From Bacillota bacterium (GTDB lineage Bacteria; Bacillota; Clostridia; Oscillospirales; Feifaniaceae), in contig JAUZPM010000003.1 of the NCBI GenBank assembly GCA_030705925.1, forward strand, positions 581 to 64,580: a stretch of 64,000 bases of DNA, read 5' to 3'. Positions 19,836 through 28,490 of the stretch are shown here, one piece after another. The translations under genes and the position numbers were made by a program. Position 1 is the stretch's first letter. Each line of letters starts with the position of its first letter. Below the pieces are notes generated by a model. The model was not told the origin of the DNA. It did not search any database and was given only the letters and a program-made list of their open reading frames with translations.

Positions 19836-20586
19836 TCCGATTTTCGAATTCAGTCATATTTCCCCAGTATCGCTTTGGCATATGGGACATGCGGCACTTT
19901 GGGTTTGTCCGTCCCTCTACTGCGATAGTATCGTAAAACATTCTCCACATTCGTTTGCATTCGTCTTCTTTAACGTCTGCGGCAGGAAGCCTGAAATCAT
20001 CAACATTAAATATTTTTGCAGAGCAGGGCTCATAAACAAGTGCCTGCTTATGGGTTTTATCGTAGATCATAAATTTTTCGCGGGAAAATCTGGTGCTGAA
20101 ATGCGCGGCTATAACAGGAAGAACTTCGTTTTTAGGCTCAATTTCAGAAACAAGGACTTGTCCGTATTCAGTGAAACGGATAAAGCCTTTAAGCAAATGA
20201 CTTTCATTAAGCAAAAACCTAACTGCTTTTGTTAATGTGCTGACAGTATCATTCGTGAGCATACCGGTTATCTTTCCGCCTATACGAAAACCCATTATAA
20301 TAAAACGGGAAATGACCATCTCCTTATCAGGCAGACATGTCAGAAATCCCAATTTGGCAAGTGTTTGTGCATCTGATGAAATCTTCTCTTTTATCCCGAG
20401 GTAAACCCGCTTTGCCTTTTCACTGTCAGTTTCGATTTCCTTAGTATCAAAAAGCTGAAACTGCTCTGAGCCCATAGGAATAATATCGGCGGGAATTTCA
20501 TGCTTACTGAAACTCTCAAAAATACAACATAAAAGGCCATCAAAACTGCCGTCATAAATATAAACTACATCTGCCCGGTCAGACAA
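19816..20586 (-). CDS. TIGR03915/DUF4130 'probable DNA metabolism protein' (partner of radical SAM TIGR03916)
   Basis: 256 aa. YIYDGSFDGLLCCIFESF N-terminus, LLKGFIRF, C-terminal NPKCRMSHMPKRYWGNMTEF. No fused UDG domain. Overlaps the upstream gene by 22 nt. Confidence 0.8.
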   Translation of the reverse strand: MSDRADVVYIYDGSFDGLLCCIFESFSKHEIPADIIPMGSEQFQLFDTKEIETDSEKAKRVYLGIKEKISSDAQTLAKLGFLTCLPDKEMVISRFIIMGFRIGGKITGMLTNDTVSTLTKAVRFLLNESHLLKGFIRFTEYGQVLVSEIEPKNEVLPVIAAHFSTRFSREKFMIYDKTHKQALVYEPCSAKIFNVDDFRLPAADVKEDECKRMWRMFYDTIAVEGRTNPKCRMSHMPKRYWGNMTEFENRITDLPE

Positions 20587-21905
20587 GTCAACACATCCTC
20601 TCTCGTAACGGGAGGGCTGTCAAAAAGAGATAACTGGTCAAGATCTCGAACGCCCATCCTTTGGCATGTATCGCTGATAAGGCTGCGCATCGCGGCCTCA
20701 GGTGTAATAATAAGCCCAGGGATCATCTTCCCGTCGCATGTGATAAAATACTGCGCTCTTTTCAGCGTGGCGCCGATCTTTTTCAAGCCTTCAAAATTTA
20801 TCTTTCCGCTTCGTCTTGCCATCATAATTCGTTTTGCGCTTCTTACACCGATTCCCGGCACCCTAAGCAGAACTTCATAAGGGGCTTTGTTGATCTCGAC
20901 GGGGAAATCTTGCATATGGTTAAGCGCCCAGTTGCATTTTGGGTCTATAAACAGGTTGAAGTTTTGATGATTAGCGTCGAGAAGCTCGCTTGCGGAAAAA
21001 TGATAAAAACGCAGCAGCCAGTCCGCTTGATAAAGCCTGTGTTCCCGCATAAGGGGAGGCTTGGTGTCAAGAGACGGAAGCAGTGAATGCTGTTGTACAG
21101 GCATGTAAGCCGAGTAATACACCCGTTTTAGCGAGTATTTCTTATACAGAGCCTCGCTTAATTTTATTATATTAAGATCTGTTTCAGGAGTAGCACCGAT
21201 GATCATTTGTGTGCTCTGCCCGCCCGGAACGAATTTCGGTGAATGCTTGTATTTTACAATATCGGTTTTGTTTTCTGTTATTGATGTATTTATATGCCCC
21301 ATTGGGCGCAGTATCGATTCTTTTGTTTTATCTGGTGCCAATAGTGTAAGGCTGTGCTGAGACGGCAGCTCGATATTAACGCTCATTCGGTCAGCTAAAT
21401 GCCCTAAACGGTCAATGAGCAGGCTGTCGGTTCCGGGTATCGCTTTTACATGTATATACCCGCCAAACTTATATTCATTTCTTAGAATAGCAAGCGTTTC
21501 GATTAGTCTTTCGCTTGTGTAATCAGGGGTTCTAAAAACGGCAGAGCTTAAAAACAGACCTTCAATATAATTCCTGCGGTAAAAATTGATTGTAAGATCA
21601 GCAAGCTCTCTGGGTGTGAAGGTTGCTCGCGGAAGGTCGTTTGATCTGCGGTTGACGCAATACTTACAGTCATAAACGCAGTTATTAGTGTATAAAACTT
21701 TTAAAAGTGAAATGCACCTGCCGTCTGCGGCAAAGCTATGGCAGATTCCGCATGACGCTGCACTTCCGATCCCTCCGGGGATCCCTTCCCTGTCAACGCC
21801 GCTCGATGAGCAGGATACATCGTATTTTGCTGAGCTTGAAAGTATTTGAAGCTTGTCAAAAGTATCCACGCGATCACCCCTTAAAATCATTTTATCACAG
21901 AACAT
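20565..21905 (-). CDS. Putative DNA modification/repair radical SAM protein (TIGR03916-like)
   Basis: 446 aa. SSAKYDVSCSSSG N-terminus, radical-SAM CVYDCKYC (Cx3Cx2C), C-terminal helix-hairpin-helix LRVPGIGVRSAKRI. True start may be GTG 21869 after AAGGGG. Confidence 0.85.
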   Translation of the reverse strand: MFCDKMILRGDRVDTFDKLQILSSSAKYDVSCSSSGVDREGIPGGIGSAASCGICHSFAADGRCISLLKVLYTNNCVYDCKYCVNRRSNDLPRATFTPRELADLTINFYRRNYIEGLFLSSAVFRTPDYTSERLIETLAILRNEYKFGGYIHVKAIPGTDSLLIDRLGHLADRMSVNIELPSQHSLTLLAPDKTKESILRPMGHINTSITENKTDIVKYKHSPKFVPGGQSTQMIIGATPETDLNIIKLSEALYKKYSLKRVYYSAYMPVQQHSLLPSLDTKPPLMREHRLYQADWLLRFYHFSASELLDANHQNFNLFIDPKCNWALNHMQDFPVEINKAPYEVLLRVPGIGVRSAKRIMMARRSGKINFEGLKKIGATLKRAQYFITCDGKMIPGLIITPEAAMRSLISDTCQRMGVRDLDQLSLFDSPPVTREDVLTCLTGQM

Positions 21906-22050
21906 ATGTTCTTGTAAATAGCCTTATGTATAGAATTTGTTATTATGTTCATGCTAATACATGGATGATTTATTTTCCATCTAATTCGGCTTGCTGTTCG
22001 CCGAAAGAAACGGCACCGCTTAGATCAAAAAGCGGCGGCATGGAGAGATA

Positions 22051-23532
22051 ATGGCAGAAAACGATATTATATCTTTATGGCAGGGAACAAGTTCTGCGCC
22101 TGAACGCGAAGAACTTCACGGAGATTTAAAGGCAGATACTGTTGTTATTGGCGCGGGGCTTTCGGGTGTATTAACAGCGTATCTTCTATCGCAGCAAGGA
22201 CAAAATGTAGTAATTGTAGAATCTAATAAGACTGGCGGCGGAGTAACGAAAAATACGACCGCAAAAATCACATCTCAGCATAGGCTGATATATAATAAAT
22301 TAATATCAAAATACGGCGAAGAACTAGCTCGCCAGTATGCTGTTGCAAATGAAACAGCAATTAAGAAGTATGCGGAAATAATCGAGCAAAATAAGATCGA
22401 CTGCGGTTTTATGCGCCTTCCAGCTTATGTTTTTACATTAGATAAACCGGAAAAAATTGAGGAAGAAGTTGAAGCTGCCACAAGGCTTGGGATAAAAGCA
22501 ACATTTGCAGATAGGATCGAGCTGCCCTTTTCTATTGCAGGGGCTGAGCGCTTTGACGATCAGGCTCAGTTTCATCCGCTGAAATTTCTTTATTCAATTG
22601 CTAAGGATCTAAAAATATACGAGCGTACTCGAGCGTTGAAAGTCGAGGATAACGTTGTTTTTACCGATCGGGGCAATATTACAGCAGATAATATAGTGGT
22701 TGCGTCACACTTCCCCTTTATTAATATGCCCGGTTATTATTTTGTTCGGATGCATCAAGAGCGCTCATATGTTTTAGCAATCAAAGGAACACAGCAGTTA
22801 AACGGGATGTATGTCGACGAAAGCAATGACGGCCTTTCTTTTAGGGAATATGATGAATATCTGCTGCTTGGGGGTGCCGGACACAGAACAGGTCAAAATC
22901 CTGGTGACTGCTATGAAAGGCTTCGCGGAGAGGCTAGAAGTATATACCCGGGTTCCGAAGAAGTTTACCACTGGTCCGCACAGGACTGTATCACGCCCGA
23001 CGACGTGCCTTATATCGGCAATTACAGTATTAAAACTCCCAATATGTATGTAGCTTCCGGATACGGAAAATGGGGCATGACAAGTTCGATGGTTTCAGCA
23101 ATGATCATTTCATCAAAAATAATGAAACAGGAATGCCAGTTCAGCGAAATTTTCAGCCCAAAGAGAAATGCCCCCCCATCTTCTGCGGGACAGATTATTG
23201 CAGACACAGGCATGGCGGCAGCAAAACTTATTGCGGAAAAGCTTTATGTTCCAACAGAAAAGGTATCACATTTAAAAAACGGCGAAGGCGATATTGTTTT
23301 GCTGAATGACCGCAAGATAGGGGCTTATCGTGACGACGACGGAAAACTATACGTCGTTTCAACAGAATGCCCGCATCTTCATTGCCAGCTGTCCTGGAAT
23401 AAGGACGAAAAATCGTGGGACTGCCCCTGTCACGGCTCAAGGTTCGATTACCGGGGAAATCTGATTGATAATCCAGCTCAAAGCAGTATTGCGATAGAAT
23501 TGAAAGAAAAAGATGAAGCAGTTGCAAGGTAA
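22051..23532 (+). CDS. FAD-dependent oxidoreductase with C-terminal Rieske [2Fe-2S] domain (YhfW-like)
   Basis: 493 aa. VVIGAGLSGVLTAYLL dinucleotide fold. Rieske CPHLHC...CPCHGSRF. Confidence 0.85.
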   Translation: MAENDIISLWQGTSSAPEREELHGDLKADTVVIGAGLSGVLTAYLLSQQGQNVVIVESNKTGGGVTKNTTAKITSQHRLIYNKLISKYGEELARQYAVANETAIKKYAEIIEQNKIDCGFMRLPAYVFTLDKPEKIEEEVEAATRLGIKATFADRIELPFSIAGAERFDDQAQFHPLKFLYSIAKDLKIYERTRALKVEDNVVFTDRGNITADNIVVASHFPFINMPGYYFVRMHQERSYVLAIKGTQQLNGMYVDESNDGLSFREYDEYLLLGGAGHRTGQNPGDCYERLRGEARSIYPGSEEVYHWSAQDCITPDDVPYIGNYSIKTPNMYVASGYGKWGMTSSMVSAMIISSKIMKQECQFSEIFSPKRNAPPSSAGQIIADTGMAAAKLIAEKLYVPTEKVSHLKNGEGDIVLLNDRKIGAYRDDDGKLYVVSTECPHLHCQLSWNKDEKSWDCPCHGSRFDYRGNLIDNPAQSSIAIELKEKDEAVAR

Positions 23533-24388
23533 AAAGAGATTCTTTGAGGGCTGGTATTTCAAAAATCAGAATAAAGAAGATACGGTTTGTCTTATACCGG
23601 GAATGAATATTGAAAAAGACGGCATTAGCAAGGCGTTTATTCAGATCATAACTGCTGACGGATCGTATAATGTTGACTACCCTATTGCTTCTTTTTCTTC
23701 AGATAAAGATAAGCTTGAAGTTAAGATAGGAAATAACATTTTTTCTGAAAAAGGTATTAGTGCAGATATTAATGACAAGGAAATAACCCTAAAGGGCAAT
23801 TTGAGGTATGAAGAGCTTTCGCCTTTGCCATCGGATATAATGGGTCCGTTTGCTCATCTGCCGTTAATGCAGTGCCGCCACGGTGTTATAAGTATGCATC
23901 ATAAAGTAAACGGATCCCTTTCGTTAAACGGAGAAAATATTTCTTTTGATAACGGCTTTGGCTATATAGAAAAAGACCTCGGAAGGTCTTTTCCTAAAAA
24001 GTATTTCTGGGTTCAGTGTTCCGGAGATGCTGATGACAGGTGGGGGCTCATGGTTTCAGTTGCATCCATCCCATTATACGGTATCCATTTTACCGGCTGT
24101 ATTGCAAGTTTGCTTTTTGACCAAAAGGAATACCGCTTTGCGACTTACAACGGTGTAAAAATAAAAGAGATAGATGGATCGGGGATTACGCTCACTCGCG
24201 ATGATTTGATACTTTCCGTTCATATAAAACAAAATGTGTCGCACCGTCTTTATGCACCAGACAGCGGACACATGACAAGAGAAATATATGAAAGCCTTTC
24301 ATGCGAGGCAAACGTTAATTTGTTTGACGGTGAAAAACTGATTTTCAGCAAAAAAAGCAATAGCGCAAGTTTTGAGTATTGTTTTTAA
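23513..24388 (+). CDS. Tocopherol cyclase family protein
   Basis: 291 aa. RFFEGWYFK and YIEKDLGRSFPKKYFWVQ resemble the FFEGWY and EKNWG.SFP..WFW.Q motifs I recall from cyanobacterial/plant tocopherol cyclases. 20-nt overlap with the upstream gene. Confidence 0.7.
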   Translation: MKQLQGKKRFFEGWYFKNQNKEDTVCLIPGMNIEKDGISKAFIQIITADGSYNVDYPIASFSSDKDKLEVKIGNNIFSEKGISADINDKEITLKGNLRYEELSPLPSDIMGPFAHLPLMQCRHGVISMHHKVNGSLSLNGENISFDNGFGYIEKDLGRSFPKKYFWVQCSGDADDRWGLMVSVASIPLYGIHFTGCIASLLFDQKEYRFATYNGVKIKEIDGSGITLTRDDLILSVHIKQNVSHRLYAPDSGHMTREIYESLSCEANVNLFDGEKLIFSKKSNSASFEYCF

Positions 24389-25533
24389 ACGCCATCTTGC
24401 TTAGGAAAAAACAGAGGCAACGGGAACCATGAATGAAGTAGATTGTTCAAATCTGTGCCAAAGTCATAAAAATTGCAGATTGGAGAAAAAAATATGCCCA
24501 TTGCATCAAAAACCGAGAGTTTAATATCAGGTATAAGATTTGAGCTGATTATCTGCACATCTCCACTAGTGACGATTATAGTAAAAGGCTCGTCTTCATC
24601 TATTTGAAGAGTGACTTTACCGTCACTTAAAGGGATATATTTTTTGCGTAGTAGCAGCAAAGCCTCTAAAACTTTGGGAAAGTTAAAAATCTGAAACATG
24701 CTGTCATGGGTAATGATAGTTCGTTCTGCAATTTTTTGCAGAACGTTTAAACGTTGCTGCTCATAGGGCTGCACACTGAATTTTACTGTATTCCCCGTAA
24801 AATTTACAGATGCGGGTATTATCTCTTTAAAATCATTCTCATCTTTCAGGCAAAGTTCTTCAATTGTATCAAGATTATTAGAAAATACGGCATATCCAGC
24901 GAAATCCCCGTCTTTAACAACCGCAAACGGCTTTGATGACCATGAGCATAATATATCATAAAAAGATTCTTGATTTCTAGATACCCTGACTTCGTTTTGA
25001 GTCCAAAGAACATAAGAATCATTGATATAATTTGTAGTCAATGGTTTAAAGCAGATATTATTTGAAGATTTTATAGAATGTTTTATATTATCCTTATTGA
25101 CTTCAAAAGCGAGTCTAAGCCCGCATCTTTCAAAGCCGTAGTATTGATAGCGCTGCCGACGTCCTCCAAGTTCGCTAATATCAACCCCGTCATGCCTCAT
25201 ATCCGAGACTACCCATTCCATAAGTTTACGCATAAGGCCTTCGTTTCGATGATATGGGTGTACGGATACTGTGCCTATACCGCGGGCATGCAACTGTCGT
25301 TCACCGATATGTAGAACTGAATCAAAAGCGCCGAGCATTGCGATTATTTTGCCGTCGCTTTTAATTATATAGTGTGACTCAGAGCTATTTGCATTTTTTC
25401 CATATAACTTTGGGAGAAGAGTGGGAAAATCAGTTTTAGAAGCAGCATGACTGAAGATATAATTCGCAAAATCTATAATGTCTGCCTTATCTTCGGGAGC
25501 CCCTTTTAGATATTCCAAACCCATATTCTTCAC
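24385..25533 (-). CDS. GNAT family N-acetyltransferase, Eis-like multidomain
   Basis: 382 aa. GNAT core YHRNEGLMRKLMEWVV...YQYYGFERCG. The long C-terminal extension is consistent with a second GNAT/SCP2-like domain. Confidence 0.75.
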   Translation of the reverse strand: MKNMGLEYLKGAPEDKADIIDFANYIFSHAASKTDFPTLLPKLYGKNANSSESHYIIKSDGKIIAMLGAFDSVLHIGERQLHARGIGTVSVHPYHRNEGLMRKLMEWVVSDMRHDGVDISELGGRRQRYQYYGFERCGLRLAFEVNKDNIKHSIKSSNNICFKPLTTNYINDSYVLWTQNEVRVSRNQESFYDILCSWSSKPFAVVKDGDFAGYAVFSNNLDTIEELCLKDENDFKEIIPASVNFTGNTVKFSVQPYEQQRLNVLQKIAERTIITHDSMFQIFNFPKVLEALLLLRKKYIPLSDGKVTLQIDEDEPFTIIVTSGDVQIISSNLIPDIKLSVFDAMGIFFSPICNFYDFGTDLNNLLHSWFPLPLFFPKQDGV

Positions 25534-25544
25534 CAGCCATAATA

Positions 25545-26684
25545 TTAAAAAGTTTTAAGATCGCCGCCTTTATAATATAAAGGAATTATTTTTGAATGTG
25601 TCAATGCTGATATTTCATCTACCTTAAACTTTTCCGGATAAGTGTAAAAGATATACGAAGTTCCTTCTTTTTGAGCTCTTCCTGTCCTGCCGATTCTGTG
25701 AAGATAATAGGCGTTATCCTGAGGGACATCATAGTTAAAAACTGCATCTACATCTTCGACGTCTATTCCCCTTGCCGCAACATCTGTAGCAATTAGTATC
25801 GGCGTATTTCCTGCTTTAAATTTCGCCATGATTTTACTTCTTATAAACTGTTTTATATCACCATGGAGGCATTCTGCTTGCAAACCATTAATATTAAGTT
25901 CTTTCATCAGTCTATTAGTCATTCGTTTTGTATTGCAAAAGACAATTACCCTTTTATATTGATTCTGCTTAATAATGTTTTTCAGTATTTCCGTCTTGTT
26001 TGAACGGCCGCATTCAACACTGTATTGAGTTATTTTTGGCTCGTTTATATTTTCGGGCAAAACCGTAAGTTCAATAGGGTCGCGCTGGTAAAGCCATGAT
26101 ATATCCATGATTTCCCTTGATATTGTAGCAGAAAACATTACAACCTGTTTTTCCTTTGGCAGCTTATCCATTATGGAACATACATCTTTAACAAAGCCCA
26201 TATCAAGCATTTCATCTGCTTCATCAAGAACTGCTGTTTTTATATGATCAAGGCAGATGTTTTTTCTTTTTATATGATCGATAAGACGACCGGGTGTTGC
26301 AACTATGATCTGGGGACCTTTTTTAAGCGCAATGATCTGATTGCTAATTGGCTGACCGCCGTATACAGCAATTGTTTTTATACCCTTTTTAAATTTTGAT
26401 AATAATCTAAACTGTTCATTTATCTGTATACAAAGTTCACGGGTTGGGCATAAAATCAAAGATTGCAAAGTAGATGCTGAACTGTTGATATTTTCAATAA
26501 TCGGCAGGCCATATGCAACTGTTTTTCCTGTTCCGGTTGGAGATTTTGCAATAATGTCTTTCCCAAGCAGCATTTCAGGAATCGCTTTTTGCTGTATTTC
26601 TGTCATATCGGTAAATCCCATATTTTCAATTGCTTTAAATGTTTCTTCCGATATATTTAAATTGCTATATTTTTTTAAATCCAT
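25545..26684 (-). CDS. DEAD-box ATP-dependent RNA helicase
   Basis: 379 aa. Q-motif/Walker A SPTGTGKT, DEAD (VLDEADEML), SAT, HRIGRTGRA. Confidence 0.93.
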   Translation of the reverse strand: MDLKKYSNLNISEETFKAIENMGFTDMTEIQQKAIPEMLLGKDIIAKSPTGTGKTVAYGLPIIENINSSASTLQSLILCPTRELCIQINEQFRLLSKFKKGIKTIAVYGGQPISNQIIALKKGPQIIVATPGRLIDHIKRKNICLDHIKTAVLDEADEMLDMGFVKDVCSIMDKLPKEKQVVMFSATISREIMDISWLYQRDPIELTVLPENINEPKITQYSVECGRSNKTEILKNIIKQNQYKRVIVFCNTKRMTNRLMKELNINGLQAECLHGDIKQFIRSKIMAKFKAGNTPILIATDVAARGIDVEDVDAVFNYDVPQDNAYYLHRIGRTGRAQKEGTSYIFYTYPEKFKVDEISALTHSKIIPLYYKGGDLKTF

Positions 26685-26693
26685 AAATCCTTC

Positions 26694-26726
26694 AAAAAAA
26701 CAACGGAAAGCAACCGCTTTCCGTTG
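26694..26726 (-). terminator. Rho-independent terminator downstream of the isomerase-like gene
   Basis: Perfect 11-bp stem CAACGGAAAGC/GCTTTCCGTTG with 4-nt loop. On the minus strand it is followed by a T7 run, just before the helicase RBS. Confidence 0.8.
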
Positions 26727-26835
26727 TAAATCATAATTATATTTATTTAATTGCCTGCAACGGATACTGTAATTAAATATTAAAATTAGTATATCATATT
26801 TATTAACATATTACAAGCTGTTTATTCATTTGATG

Positions 26836-28335
26836 TCATAATATTACAGAATCAATGCCCAAAAGCTCTGAAGTTTTTTTGAAAAGGCCGGAATTGTGCC
26901 CTACGCTTAATGCACAATGATGTGTTGGAGCTTCTTTAAACCAACTGTCATAGTAACGATCCGGTGCAGCTTGAAATTTTATGTGTGTTTGGGTGTTCCC
27001 TATCATCAGAATTGGAGCCTTTATCGCTTCTCCCTCGCTGACTATAAATTTAAGTTTTACTTCTCCGGTTTGAGTCAATCCTAAAGTCGTAACGGTGCCC
27101 GCACGTACTTGAGCTTCGACCGATACTCCGGAACCTTTTTTACCATGATATATTCCCATGCCGCGAAGCACAGGTTTTCCATCTGACAAAGCAATATGGA
27201 ATGGACCGTCATGCCCCAGGATTATTGTACCGCGGTTATAATCAGCAGCTACGATCTCTGAAAAACTTCCACCGGTATTTAAAATATCGCAGATTTTCAT
27301 CGAAACAGTAGTTTTCATGTCACCTTCCCCGGAACAAGGGATACCGGCGGCTGTCAGCAGTGAATGACCGACGATAAAACCGCTTTGAACTTTTTCATAA
27401 TAGTTGTCGTTTCCATGATAATAATAGGATAAAGCATCTAGATCATATTCTCTTACCAACTTTTCCTGTGCGGCTGCGACACGGCTTGACCAGTCGAGCT
27501 GCTCTTCGGACGGGCGTTTTGCAATCGGGTCTGATGGTGAATCACCGGAAATCATAAAGAATGACTCGATTTCTTTTTTCTTTTGCTCGGCTTCTTTGTC
27601 TGTTATATTTCTAAGGTATTTATCAAGGTCGCACATTTCAAGAAGCTCAACGTGCATTCCAAGGGACGATTGCATCAATGTAAAATCGCTGTACATATCC
27701 AGCATGCCGCTGTAGTTTCCGCCCAAAAATCCAAAACGGGAGTGTTTAAGCGAACGGCATACGCCTGCTGCTTTAGCCCATTCTAAGATTTCGTTCCAGG
27801 CGCTTATTGATTCATTTCTTTCGTTTGTTACCTCGTCAGCGGCAGAGATGGATGGCGTCTCGCTTAATCCCAATAAGCCGTTTACTATTCTACAGGGGAT
27901 ATGCGCCCGGTTAAAAGCGTTTGAAAGTTCCGGAACCGCGCACGCATTGCAATGAGCAAGCCATTCTCCGGTAGAGGTTTTTCCATAATTCATTTCAGGT
28001 GCCGGCTGTAAATTGAGTATCACTGATGGCGCTTTACATATCTGGTGCACCGGAAGAACAGATGCGGAGGTGCAATAGGTTGCACAGTGGCAAAATATAA
28101 TATCTACATTATGTATATTAAACCATTCACCTGCTCTTCTGCCCGCTTCTTCATCGTCTACAAGCCCGAAATTATATACTTCTCCGGCCTCGCATAGGCG
28201 CTGCTCAATGAATTTGCCATAGCCCACGAGTCTGTCATGAAGTCCGTCAAACTGCGCCCAATACGCTTTGAGGCCGACGGTATAAAGCCCAATACGTGCC
28301 TTTTTAGGAGGCTTTATAGGTTCTATAAACTCCAT
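26836..28335 (-). CDS. L-arabinose/L-fucose isomerase family protein (specificity unknown)
   Basis: 499 aa. AraA-like length, GEGDMKT motif comparable to AraA GAEGDWKT, C-terminal HHCALSVGH. Confidence 0.7.
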   Translation of the reverse strand: MEFIEPIKPPKKARIGLYTVGLKAYWAQFDGLHDRLVGYGKFIEQRLCEAGEVYNFGLVDDEEAGRRAGEWFNIHNVDIIFCHCATYCTSASVLPVHQICKAPSVILNLQPAPEMNYGKTSTGEWLAHCNACAVPELSNAFNRAHIPCRIVNGLLGLSETPSISAADEVTNERNESISAWNEILEWAKAAGVCRSLKHSRFGFLGGNYSGMLDMYSDFTLMQSSLGMHVELLEMCDLDKYLRNITDKEAEQKKKEIESFFMISGDSPSDPIAKRPSEEQLDWSSRVAAAQEKLVREYDLDALSYYYHGNDNYYEKVQSGFIVGHSLLTAAGIPCSGEGDMKTTVSMKICDILNTGGSFSEIVAADYNRGTIILGHDGPFHIALSDGKPVLRGMGIYHGKKGSGVSVEAQVRAGTVTTLGLTQTGEVKLKFIVSEGEAIKAPILMIGNTQTHIKFQAAPDRYYDSWFKEAPTHHCALSVGHNSGLFKKTSELLGIDSVIL

Positions 28336-28490
28336 ATACTTACATTCCTTTCAAATAATTGTTGGGTTTTTAGTTAAAATGCTGTATAATAAAAACATCT
28401 ATGACATTATTATAAATCCAGCTTTTTATATGTTTATCTTCATTAATTGCTTTAAAACTGAATGATATTGCCATAATGAAAGGAGCCTTC

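Noticed and set aside
19723-20235. 170-aa plus-strand ORF
   Set aside because: It overlaps the AraC 3' end out of frame and is antisense to the DUF4130 gene. It is a shadow ORF.
25545-26684. Helicase as part of a defence system
   Set aside because: It has the full DEAD-box RNA-helicase motif set, is a short single-domain protein, and has no nuclease, methylase or ATPase partners.
26701-26726. Perfect 11-bp hairpin considered as a small RNA or attenuator of the helicase gene
   Set aside because: On the minus strand it is followed by a T7 run and lies downstream of the isomerase-like gene. The simplest reading is an intrinsic terminator.
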